A stretch of 63,960 nt of DNA, filler included, from Reticulomyxa filosa (GCA_000512085.1; 19 parts of 19 records of this genome joined end to end with filler, not necessarily neighbours in it), one strand, 5' to 3'. Shown: positions 27,683-40,602, numbered from the whole stretch's first letter. Notes: generated by a model from the letters alone, not told the origin. Numbers and translations are program-made.

Positions 27683-30600
27683 CTACCAATGTAACCACAG
27701 CACGCCATTAAACGCCCCACCGCGTTGCTTCACCAGCAATTTTTGTTGATCATTTAAACCTTGGACGCCTTTCCAAAGGCTACCAACCATGGACAAGCCA
27801 CAGCTTTGAACACCACCTTGCCATTTGCACGTGCCCAATGATCTATCCCACAAACGGATACTTTTGTCGTCAGATGATGACAAAACCGAACATCCATCTC
27901 TGGAAATCTCGGCTGTTCGTACCGCAGCCGAATGGCCTTCAAATTTTTGTAATTCCCGTCCAGATGCAATATCCCAAATTCGTATGGTCTGATCACGAGA
28001 GCAAGAAATAATAAGTCGTTCATCTGCGGAAAACTTTACGCCTGTCACAAGATCCGTGTGTCCTTCTAATTTTTTCGCTTCTCGTCCTGAGGGGACATTC
28101 CACAATCTGATTGTTTTATCACAAGAGCAAGATACAATTGTACGATTATCGGATGAAAAGTGCACTTCGGTGACACCAGCTGTATGTCCCTCAAATTTTC
28201 GAATCTCTCGTCCTGACTCCACATCCCACATGCGAATCGTGGTGTCATAAGAACACGACACGACATTTCTTCCATCTGGTGAGAATTGCACCCCCAAAAC
28301 ACTGTCCGAATGTCCTTCGAATTTTTTAATTTCCGACGCCGTTTTTGTGTCCCAAATTCGAACTGTTTTATCTTCAGAGCCAGAGACAATATAGCGACCA
28401 TTCGAAGAAACTTGCGCCGCTGTAATGCCTCTGAAATGTCCTTCAAATCTTTGAATTTCCTTGCCTGATAGCAGACTCCATAATCGGATTGTCTTATCTT
28501 CAGAGGACGAAATAATAGTAAGACCATCGGTTGAAAACCCCACTGAGGTGACAGCAGCAGAATGTCCCTCAAGTGTTTGAAGCTCACGTCCCGAATGTAT
28601 GTCCCATATTCGAATTGTCTTATCACTTGAGCAAGATATAATACTGCGATTGTCGGGTAAAAAGCGGGCAGCAACAACGTTATCAACATGTCCATCTAAT
28701 CGTTGGTTCTCTCTTCCAGATACCACATCCCACAATCGAATCGTCTGATCTCCAGAGCATGACACTACACTACAGCCATCAGGTGAAAATTGCACACCAA
28801 ATACACTATCGGTATGGCCTTCCAATGTTTTTATTTCGCGTCCCGAAGAGACCTCCCACAATCGAATGGTTTTGTCCCATGAGCCAGATACAAGATTTTG
28901 ACCATCTGGAGAAAATTGCGCAACCGCAACAACATTGGAGTGTCCTTCCAATTTTCGCACTTCACGTCCAGACGCCACATCCCATATTCGAATTGTGCAA
29001 TCTGCAGAACATGAAACGACCTGTTGGCCATCGGGAGAAAATTGCGCCCCTGCCACAGGACCAGAATGACCCACTAGTCTTTGTAATTCCTTTCCTGATT
29101 TCACATCCCATAATCGTGTGGTTTCATCCCAAGATGAAGATACGAGAATTCTTCCGTCTGGTGAAAATTGAGCCCGCGTTGTACCTCTGGTATGTCCTTC
29201 CAGTTTTTGAATCTCCTGTCCTGATCTGATATCCCAAATTCGGACAGTGGAATCGTTTGAACAAGAAGCAATGATTTTTCCATCTGGCGAAAATTGGACT
29301 GCAGTTACAAGATGGTCATGTCCTTGAAACTTGTGCATTTCGCGACCCGATGCCACATCCCATAATCGAATCGTTTGATCATTCGAACACGAGACAATGG
29401 TACGACCATCTGATGAAAATTGCACATCATTGATGCCCCCTGTATGTCCCTCCAATTTTTGGATTTGCTTTGCAGAGGCTATATCCCACAATCGAATGGA
29501 GTCATCATAAGAGCTGGACACAATAGTAAGACCATCGGGCGAAAATTTGGCAGCTGTAATGATATGCGAATGACCTTTGAGATAAGCATACTCACCAAAC
29601 AAAACGTCAGACATTGAAGCGCTCTGAAAATTGACTTTATTTAGAAAAGCTTGCAGAAGAGATACATTTTGCAAATTGGCATTGCTGAAATCAGTGCCTT
29701 CAAGAAATGCGTGGTCGAGAATTGCATTGGAAATGTTTACATTACTCCAATCCTGATAAGCCAAGGACACCCTTGCTGCATTCAAAATCGTGGCTGCATT
29801 GGCCGCTGCAATGGCAACTGGATACGCTTTCGATGCTTCAATGATTCGTAACAAACGCGATTTAAAATTCACATACATGGGATTTTTGTCATGGACTCTT
29901 TCTGCAATGAAACGAATGATTCCATTTTCGTCATTGAGCAACTTCTTGTTTATTGAAAAATGCTGCACTTGTTGTGCAAACGTTTGCTGAAATACTTCGG
30001 CATTAATATCAACTTTGCTCCATTTCCAAGAGATAATCTCATTGATGACCTTATGTGCCGCAAAATATTCTTGACAAGATTTATGCAAGAATGTGTACTG
30101 ATTGGCGCCAATTCGTCGTAATGCATACTTAGTTAAGCCCTCACCTCTGAAATATTTTTCCCAAATGTCTCGCTTTTTTGCACTGTCATTAGTGCTGGCT
30201 CTTTCTTGTTCTTCGGCCATCTTATTCTCCATTTTCACATCCGGGTCCGGTAATGTGGTGGTCCAATCGGACTCATTTTCAGTTTCATTTTCCACTGCAA
30301 CTTGGTTGGATTGCAAAAACATTTCAAATGCTAGCCCTTGACAATATCTTTGGAAAGCAGATCTCATTTTATTTGTGTACGTTTGAATCCTTAATTCGGT
30401 TAATTTCTTGGAAATATGTTGGATGTGAAAATCTAACCACTGGTTGGTGAAAACCTCATATACTTGGGCCCTTGAAATGGTGCTTCCAACGGCATGCTGT
30501 TGAATCAAAGATGGCAACACGGTTAAGATCAGACGGAGGAGAAAAGGCTCCTCTACCATTTTGTACAAGTTTGGATACTTTTTTAATGTTTCGTGGTACT

Positions 30601-32720
30601 GTTGTGCATTCCAGTTATCTTTGGTTTTGTTGAATTGTTCTGTGTTTACAAATTTTTCAATGTAGGAATGCATTTGAGTATTTGAAAAAGGCCACAAATG
30701 CACCATTAATGTATTGCTATTTTGATTTGATCCCATTAAAGTGCGTTTGATATCTTCTTTGTTTAAGACATTACTTCGACAAGTAAGAATGACTTTTGCA
30801 TTCCATTGACCAAGTTGTAATCGATCATAAAAATACATTTCATGATTGTTGCTTTTGTTATAAGAATCAAAAACTTCATCAAATCCATCTAAAATAAAAA
30901 TGAATGGAATAGATTTTTGAATAATATCAATAATTTCTTTATTGATTTGTTTCATTTGCAATGCTTCAGAAATGATATCTATTTCATGAAGATGATTATA
31001 AAATTTGGGTAATGAAATATAAATAGGAATAAATGTACTGGAATGATTAGAATAATCTTTCCATAAAGTTTCTTCTAAATAACGACAAAATAAGCTTTTT
31101 CCTGAACCTGAATTTCCTTGTAATACCATGACTGATTTTTGATCAGTTTTATTTTCAACAAATTCTTTAACATATTGATAACAATCAAATCCATCATTTT
31201 TATTATCATTTTCTGCATATGGATAGTTATTAGCTTGTAAAGGAATATATAAATTTAATGCTTGTGATATTGCAGCATCTTCTTCAATTTCTTGTTTTTG
31301 TGATTCTTGTAATATTGTAGCTACTTCAAAACAAGTAGCAGGATTTTTATCACCAATAATATATTTTTTATAAAATTCAAATAAAATAACATAAATAGCT
31401 TTTCCTTTTATTTTCATTGGAATAAAAGTACAAAGTTGTTCATATACAAATGAAGCTAATTTTAAAGAAGGATCTATAATAATATTATTAATTATTTTTT
31501 CTTTTTCTTTTTCTTCTTTTTGTTCAATAATTTTTGTTTTTAATTGAGGTGGATATAATATTCCAATATCTAAATGAGATTGATAACGTTTTGTAATTTT
31601 TATAATTTCTTTTTCTTCAATCCATTCACAAATAATATCATTAATTTTAGTTAAAGTTTCATCACATGCTTGTTTCAATTCTTCTTCTGCTTTATTAGGT
31701 TTCCAAGATCTTATAAGTTCATAAAATAAATGACTTAATTTTGGATTTTCAATGTTTGAATAACCTTGTAAAGTGGTAAAATTTTTTAATGTTGCTTGCA
31801 TTTCTACATATACATCATATTTTGGAACATATAATTTAATATTATGAAATCGATGATGTGTTTTTGATTGTTTTTCAAAAAAATCTTTATCTTCAGATAC
31901 AATTAAATTAAATTCTTCTGCTTTTTTCATTACTGCAACTGCTGTTTGTAATTTAGTTGGATTATCACATAAAATAGTAAATCTTCCAATATCAAATGCT
32001 TGATTAAAATCACCACCATAATCTGCTTGAATTTTTTCTAATAATCGAACATTATCTTTTAAATTTGGTGGTTTCACAACTGTAATTTCATATTTCTCTA
32101 ATTTTGTTATCAAATTTATTATTTCATTACTGTTCATTGCATTTTCACTTCGAATTCTTAAATCTTCCAAACTTATTGCATGTTGTCTAATTTTTTTAGC
32201 TTTTAATTCATATTTTGTATTTGCTTTAATTGTATATAAACATTGATAATGATTATCTTCAACTGGTATAGATTCATCATTAGCTCGAATTGAATGCTCT
32301 GAATTGAAAAACATTACTTTTACAATTGATGAAACTGTTTGTTTTCTACAATCTGGACAATTGTAATATCCTTTTCCTAAATCCAATGATAGCGTTTCAA
32401 AACCAATATTTACCCATACTGCTAACATTGCTTTTGCAGCCAAGCAATCTCCATTCGAACAATATCCTTGCAAATTTATCCCTGTTTTGATATCTCCAAT
32501 CTGCGCTTTTTCTTCTTCTTTTTGCAAACTCGTTGCTTTTTGCAATGGATTCTTTGTTATGTTTTCAATTGCTTCCTTTTTATTTTTATTTTTATGTTTA
32601 TTATTTCATTTTTATTTTATTTATGAAACAAACAAACAAAAAAAAAATCAAAACTGATACAAAATGATTCTGTGCCTCTTCTGTTTTGTGTTCAACTTGT
32701 GATGGTTGATCTTCAATCTT
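27683..32720 (-). CDS. NLR-like STAND protein: Zn-binding module + RelA/SpoT-like nucleotidyltransferase + NACHT + pentapeptide repeats + 14 WD40 repeats (5' partial)
   Basis: 1620-aa uninterrupted ORF plus an upstream exon (about 32660-32720) beyond an intron. Walker A GNSGSGKS (~31093-31118), Walker B FIFILDGFDE (~30875-30905), KVILTCRS, PFLL, winged-helix FLHKSCQEYFAA (~30057-30095). Pentapeptide AILDH-AFLEG-TDFSN-ANLQN (~29610-29730). Fourteen 42-aa GH...WD repeats (~27840-29585). Confidence 0.93.
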
Positions 32721-33508
32721 TTTTTTTTTTGCAGCATTCAATGTGTATGTGTATACGTAAAAAAAAAANNNNNNNNNNNNNNNNNNNNNNNNNNNNNNNN
32801 NNNNNNNNNNNNTTAATTAATTAANNNNNNNNNNNNNNNNNNNNNNNNNNNNNNNNNNNNNNNNNNNNTCAGAGGCGATACTTGTTACAATAGGCATGCC
32901 CACTTTGCTATTCTCGTTCATATTTAAGTCGATCTCCATATCCAAGTGCATTGGGTTAACGATAAAGTTCGTATTATCTGCATTGTAGCCAGTTTTACTT
33001 TGGATCATCGACTGCAACAACTTTTCTTCGGTCTCCACTCTTTCCAATTCACTCACTCGTGCAGCAACTCATTCAATGCCCTTTCTTTAACTTTCAAGTC
33101 TCACAATAGTGTTCGAGCTTGATCTGTTGTCTCATTTTATATGTTTTTAGAAATTCTTCTTGTGACAAATGACGAGCATATCGTCTTGACGCATATTCCA
33201 AAGCTAGTTTTTCCATTTTGGGAAAAAAAATACCCTTTAAAGAGTTTTGCTTTTTCACACGTGAACTCTTTCTTTTTTTTTGAAGATGTTAATGTTATAT
33301 AAGTTAATAAAAAGAGAAGAAAATAGAATAGTTTCAAAAACGGGATTTTGCTAGTACATCCTGAGAAATTATATGTTTTGTATTGAGATTTTTTTTTTTT
33401 TTGATAAGAAAGATTGTGAAGATAGTTGAAAGAGTGAGAATTACAATAATGAGGTGGCAAGGAGTATTCAACCAAACTATTACTTTTGTTACTCACTTCT
33501 CAATTATC

Positions 33509-34860
33509 TCAGACCAAAAAGAAATTTTTTTTAAAGACAAACGAGACTGCCTTTAAAGTAAAAATTATGCCTGGACAAAATGATATGCAAAAAAAAAAAT
33601 AAGAGTGTGTATTTGAAGTTTGAAGTGTGTTTGAATCATGTATAATTTCAACAGTGAACGAAGATGAGCTAGTGTTAGGATCACTGATATCTGCACATTT
33701 ATCAAATCTTCGATGTGTTTGATGATTGAGATTGTATCGATGGAGAAAGGGGACATTGGTTTCATGAGAATCATATTCATATCCAGTTTCACACAACTGC
33801 GCGATTGGTAATAGCCATTGCCACCAGTGTTGGGCCAAAGATATCACTAAAATTTTCTTTTCTTAATTTTCGTTGGAATGAATACTCTTCCTAACATATA
33901 TACATATATATAATATAGTAATTACCAAATGCTTCATTCTCATATTTTCTAAAGTGATTTTATTTTGGAGTAACAAAGAGACATGAAAAAGAAAAAATCC
34001 GCCGACGGATAGACAAAATGAAAATGTGATAAACAGACTTAGGATTGTCCATACTCCGACTTTGTCTCCAAAAAAGTTTATATTGTCAAAGATGAACGTC
34101 CCAGTACACAATGTGTATATCTCTGTGGTAATTGACACCCAGAATAAAAACACCAAAAAGTATTTGTAATTGTGCAATCCAACGCAATTGCCAACCCATG
34201 GACAATGATGATCCTATTGTTTAATTCCAGTTGTTTATTCATATCATTCCAATTATTCATTTTGTTGTTGTTTTTTTTTCCCTCCTCCTCCTGCATGCAA
34301 ACATACTATTTTCAAAATGCATGTTCGACTTTGTTGTGTTCCATTTTCATTTATTTGTATGTATATTATTATTATTATTATTATTTAAACAGATTTTTTT
34401 ACATTTAAAAAAGATTATACCAAATGGAACAATGATGTGCTCTTGGAGGCTTGATATTTTTACATTTTTCACACTTTGTGTCACAGAGCATGATGGAATC
34501 CTTATTTTTAACAACATTTTGTGATTAGAATTTTTATTTTTATTGTTGTTGCAAGCAATAGATATTATTGCACCTTCTACAGCACAACTTGTGCACATGG
34601 CTTGTAGATACGAAATGATCAACAAGGCTAAACAAATGGTGAAAACAGATATGCAAAGATTGCTTTTTAGAGGGTCCAGCTTTTTTAGCAGCGTTTTTCG
34701 TGCTGAACTATACATTACACTACTGTCACCATAAATTATGACGAATACGATCAGATCTGTGTAGTCGGCAGCAGACACACATAGAAATCCACTTAAAAAA
34801 CAAATACACATATATATATAATGTCTGATACTTCAAAATTAATAATAAACATACCTGGGA
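33509..34860 (-). CDS. DHHC palmitoyltransferase (multi-exon, 5' partial; apparent 1-nt frameshift near the 3' end)
   Basis: [17 protein letters not shown], micro-exon [38 protein letters not shown] (TTxE-like), [18 protein letters not shown] (PaCCT-like). Confidence 0.92.
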
Positions 34861-35699
34861 GTTTGCATGCTAACTTCAACCAGAAGGAAGAACNNNNNNN
34901 NNNNNNNNNNNNNNNNNNNNNNNNNNNNNNNNNNNNNTTAATTAATTAANNNNNNNNNNNNNNNNNNNNNNNNNNNNNNNNNNNNNNNNNNNNAAAGGGG
35001 TGATTAACGCAAAATACCATTTTTTTTTATTTATTTAAAAAAAACCTATTGCTTTAAATCTTACATTAACTATGTGTTTGTACATTTGTATTATAACAGT
35101 TTTAATTGGCTGCTTACTAAAGGTAATTCAATTTCATTCATTTGTTTATTTATTTATTTTACTTCATTTTTTTTTTACTACGTAAAAAAAAAAAGAATTT
35201 AAAGTAGGTAAAAAGGAGACAGCACGAATAAAAAAATGTATGTATACATATTATTACGATTTTTTGTAGTTTTTTTTTTTAAAAAAAAAAAGAATGTGAA
35301 CAAAAATGGACCTGACTTAAAGGAACCTTTTTACGAAACAAAGAAAATAGTGAATTTTACAATTGAAAACCAAAACGGTATTTCATGTGTGTCATTTTTT
35401 TTTATAGACACCTTTTTTTCATATATCTGCCTTTCCTTTTCTCCGAATTCTCGTGAAGATGTTTGACTACTTTTTGCGTGTCACAAACACATACACACAG
35501 ATTGAAACTTTTAAATCAAATTAAAGAAATTAATCATTTCCACGTTGATAAGAGTATCCAGAAGAATGTTGGTTGCTTGATTTTTTTATTTAATTTTATT
35601 TTGCTTTTTACTTTCAACTTACAACATCTGCTTTGACTTTTTTTTTTGAATGTTTGCAAAAACACGAATCGAAAGGAAAAGTTCGAGTATCAAAATTCA

Positions 35700-36080
35700 A
35701 AGACTTTGGCAAGTTGCTAATGTGGTGATGACAGTCCAGCTTTTGATCCAAATCAAGTATATTTCGTACTTGGCAAATTCGATGTGGAAATTGTTTTTGT
35801 CAGAAGAATTGGAACTGCAATCTTTTCCTTTTGATGTTTTGTTTCTCATGTAGTTTCCTCTCTAAGAGCACTCCAGCTTATATGCACATATATATGTATA
35901 CACGTATAAGTATATGATGTTGTTGTATCTGTATGTTGGTGTGTGTGGTGGTATGGACACACATGAAGTGACAAGACTTGAGTGATGTAATTCATGAGAA
36001 AAGCACTCGTGAAAGTAACATTTATCCCCAATATGAGCAGCTTCCATATCCCATTCGTCAATGACTGAATAACGCGGATC
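35700..36080 (-). mobile_element. Possible highly decayed non-LTR reverse transcriptase remnant
   Basis: Fragments IWKLLI and QVRNILDLDQKLDCHHHISNL resemble the LINE RT C-terminal pattern W-x-L-x-I...KYLG-x-x-LD-x-KL-x-W-x-x-HI. Confidence 0.22.
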
Positions 36081-37465
36081 TACATTACCAAAGCGCGTTC
36101 TACGTAATTACAGTTCCACAACTTACAGTGATTATCTTCAGGTTTAGTTGTTTTTTTCCTTCGCTTCGTGTGTTGCATTGCCTCTCCTTGTTACTCGCAT
36201 TGAATCTTTTCCCCCTATCCACATCATTGCCAACGACAAATATGCCCTTTCTTATCAGGGAGTTGAACTAAATCAAGGATACACAATTGAAATAAGATAA
36301 AGACGAAGATGAATATATGATGAAGAAAAAAACAACTGGAACATAAGACAGAAATAACTCCAAGTTATTTGTTTGATTGTTCATTTGGACAAATGAAATA
36401 TGGTTAGATTGAAGATTAGTCGTCGATGGGGAAGCATCATGTGGAACGTATGTTTTTTAATGTTGGCATTATCGTCATTTAGCATAGATCATGTCATCGA
36501 CACTGGCGACCACTTATAATATTACTCGTTATGTGTGCAAGTTTGAGTCCTTTTTTTTAATAAAAAATTTTGACTTTGTTGATTATTGTTTTAAATAACT
36601 CCACTATTAGGTGAAGCATTTAGTATTCAGTTTGCTTTGTTTTGCAAAAGGTGATTACTTATATTGAAAGATTTCTTGCAGCTATATGTTTTTTTTGCCA
36701 AATGATGAATAAAGCAACTCATATTTGATCGTTTCCTTTTCAGCAACTTTAACATATCATACAAACTAATTTTACTATAATAAAATCAATTCAAAACATT
36801 TTTTAAAGAATAAAAACTGCAAGACATTCTGCAATTTATCAATATAATATAAATATTAATGTTCCTACATTAAAAAAAAATAGTTTCAGGTGAAGTCGCT
36901 ACGCGCACTCATCCACAAATGGTGGGCATGTCAGCTGATGCTAAAGTCACACTGCCACCACAAAGATGAAACTGCATAGTTCGGAAACTCTGAACAACTA
37001 TATATTTTTAATTTTAGGATATGTTACCACACAATAACACACTTTTTTTTGTGTGTATTTGAAAATATTATTTATAGTTTTTAAAGACTTTTCTGTTGAA
37101 GTTTTTCCAGCAAAAAAAAAGCTCACAAAAGACCTTTTGTGAAAGTAAGATCAGTTTTACAACAATTTTGTTTTGATTTAAAGATTCCACTCCATTTCAT
37201 GGCAAGCCACAATAAAATATGTGAATGACGATCCAGATGATGATCTCTTTTTTTTGCATGTTTAAATTTATTTTACCGAATCAAAACATTTATTTCAAAA
37301 ATTATGTTCATAGATTTGCCATTTAGTACGCCAACATACCGTATTTGTTGTTTGTATTTTAAAATTAAAAAAAACTTGTTGTGAAATATTAAAAAACTTG
37401 AAAACATTTAAAAGAATAATAAGAGATTGACAAAAGTAGAGTCAGAAAAAGATAGCGTCAATATC

Positions 37466-38134
37466 TCATGAAAGTGTAGTGAGTTCTTGAACAGATTTTT
37501 GATGCGACCGACTTTTTTGTTTTTTATTTTTGTTAAAAATGAACTTGCGATTTTTTCGCAGCCTGCGACGTAGATCGTTGATATTGAGTCCTTGAATGAA
37601 AGCGGGATGTGAGGTGGGATCAGTAGTGTCAATATTTTCAAATTTTTTATAGTGAAGAGGGAGATACAGTCCAATGATGAACGCGATATCTTTACCAAAC
37701 TTGTTTCGCAAAAGTTGATTTGTATAGATAAATTCGTAATGTTCTTCAAAGGTCCGAAGCATTAATTGTTTGGTGGTAAATCTGTCATAGAAATTAGCAA
37801 AAAATATATACATATATGTACATATATATATGTATATATATAAATTAAACTTGTAAAAATGCATTCGAGCATAGGCGTGACTATACTTGAAGAAAGCATA
37901 GAGTTCAAACCAAATGGAGCGCAGAAAAGGTGCATGTGAGAAAAAGAGAGGCAGTGACAAGGAGACGAATATCAAGCAAAAGACAAAAAGACGGAGCCAA
38001 TGAGGATTTGTTGTAAGCTGAAGTTGCTAATGGTGAAGGCATATTGTGTGGGCAAAGAGAAGAACCATTGCCACGTGTGGATACTCCAAACACTTGGAAA
38101 TGCTATATTTGGAGAAGAAGAAGAAGAAGAAGAA

Positions 38135-38170
<36 letters not shown>

Positions 38171-40141
38171 AATAATAATGAAGACATTGACGACGTGGAG
38201 ATGGTAGTAGCAGTAGTAGGCGGTGAAAAAGCAACAGCGTAGACACAAGCGAAAGGCAAAAGGAAGTCGACCAGCTTTCCAAAGACATAAGACGGTATGA
38301 ACACGTAAGTGATAAGCCACAAGACGACATGCAAGCACTTATACTTGAGTCGACATTGCACGGACAGATGAGCTCGCTTGTTGCGAAACGTGTATCGACT
38401 GACGCCAAACAACAGCAGCCACTTCTTCTCCACGGCCTCTGCATATCGACTCAGCCACGACTTGGTGCCAAGTGTCTGCTCTCGCAAATGTCGCATGTGA
38501 TTTGCGGCGTCGTCGTCTTTGTTGTCGTCTTTGTCGTCTATCGCGAAGAGAGCTTCTCGATGCACGTGCACCCACTTGGCTGTCTTCAACACGAGTCCAT
38601 CCGTGCGAACGGGCAAGGCAATGCCCATGATGTAGTCCATGGTGCATAGTTTCCAGAACAAGATTTTTCCGGAAATTTCGGGGACTCGGCGACGTATTGC
38701 TGTCGATGTCGATGTCGATGTCAATGTATGATTATCATGACGGTCATGACGGTCATGATCATCAACATTAACATTGGCATCGACATCGGCATCGACATCG
38801 ACAGTGACATCGATATCAGACGAAGATGAAGATGAAGATGAAGATGAAGAAAGAGAAAAAGCAAAAGAACAAGGCTGCTGCAACCAATAGTAAATCCATT
38901 TGACTGCAAACTGCTTATTCACTTTGCCCTCACAAAAGTCGAGCTTATGATCTTGAAACACTGTGTTCCACAGATAGCAACACCACGTGAAGCACGCCAT
39001 TTCCAAGGACAGCGTAAGGAACAGGATAAGCCAAATAGAAAACACCATGGTGCAAAACAACAATCCAAAGATGCCGAACAGCGAACACAACAGCAGATAG
39101 TAGCGTCTCGCCAAAATCGCTTGGATGCCCTCGTGCATCACAAACGACATGTACATCACGCACATGCTGCTCACCAGCGGCAGCGTGCAAATCAGCACTT
39201 TCCACTCCCAAATGTCCAGCATCAGTTTTAGTCCGGACTTGCTCGGGACGGTGTGCATTGTCGCCATTAGCACTTGGTCTTTCCCATTTCCATTTAGTTT
39301 ACTATATACATAAATAAATAAATAAAAGTTGAACTCAAAAAAAAAAAAAAAAAAAAAAAAGGGGGAATTAACAACACTTAATACTATTATATATACATAT
39401 ATATGTATATGTATATGTATATACATTTATAAATATACAATATGTATAAATGTTATGAATTGCTCCTCTCACGCTTTTAAAGACACAAATGGTTTACCCA
39501 AAGGGGTAAAAGCCGTCGGTGTCGGTGTTGTCAGTGGGATCTTGCATGTAAGGATCGGACGTGTCCGCGACGACCCAAAAAGTGTAAAAAAAGAAAAACA
39601 GGAGAAAGAGACGCATGACGTCAAGACGAAGCACAGCCACTTCCAAAGGAACGTCTTCCACAAAAGCGCGTTTGTGGACGCCAGCAACGACTTCCACACC
39701 AAACTCAACAAGCACGTGGTCAAGGATACATTCAGAATGGCGTTGTCGAACTCGTTGAATCCGAATACATACATGATCTGCAGTAGTAGCATGGGCAGAG
39801 TTTCAAACCACGCCTGAATTATCAGTCCCTGACATTCTTGAATTGTGTCATCTTTCCACGATTGCTTTGTTATGTAAGGATACATATATTCATTCCATGA
39901 CTTGTCATTGTTGTCATTGTTGTCGTTGTTGTCATTATCTTCTTCCATGTTGTTTTGGTGACGGTCATATGGGACTCGATATGGTCGTTGTCTTTGACGT
40001 CGTCTATGACGTCTGCGTCGTTGTAAATATATCACGTAAGGGATGCAAGGCACTCCAATACATAGTATTGTCATATTCAATATAAATTGTTTCATTCTAC
40101 AACACTCTCTTGTTTGTCCATTTGCTTCAAAATTATTCTCA

Positions 40142-40196
<55 letters not shown>

Positions 40197-40602
40197 TATT
40201 GCTTGCTCTAGACAGTAACGAATTCGCCTCTTTTTGATTCAACTCTATTTCTTGAATATACACATACACATACGCCAAATGCGTTATCAATAACACTACG
40301 CTTGTCAGGAAAAAATAGGTGGCGTTGCCAATGCGATTGAAATACCAAACTAATAATACACTTGCCAACGTTCCCGATATACTCAATGCTATCAGCACAT
40401 ATCGATACACTCCTAATAATACGTCCAATAATCCTGCATCCGAACACATCCCCCTTTTTTTCCCAAACCGAGACCCAAAGGTTTCTTCTGGATTTTCATG
40501 CCAGTCAAAATCGAAATGTGAATCTAACGCATTTGTTAAAGTAGACCCGTAATTTCTTCGGATTCGAGGCACACTTTCAATTGTTGCATGAGACAGATCC
40601 AT
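37466..40602 (-). CDS. XK-related (scramblase-like) multi-pass membrane protein; two apparent frameshifts
   Basis: Multiple TM segments; QAWFETLPMLLLQIMY resembles the XK motif E-x-x-L-E-S-x-P-Q-x-x-L-Q. Introns at about 39303-39497 and 37787-37851; poly-N and poly-S tracts. Confidence 0.6.

Noticed and set aside
25142-32768. GTPBP-like gene and NLR-like gene as a functional pair
   Set aside because: They are convergent neighbours on one contig, but eukaryotic adjacency alone is no evidence of a shared function.
38000-39817. Many overlapping antisense or alternative-frame ORFs (also over 27754-30450 and 50575-51527)
   Set aside because: Shadow ORFs of GC-richer coding exons and trinucleotide tracts.
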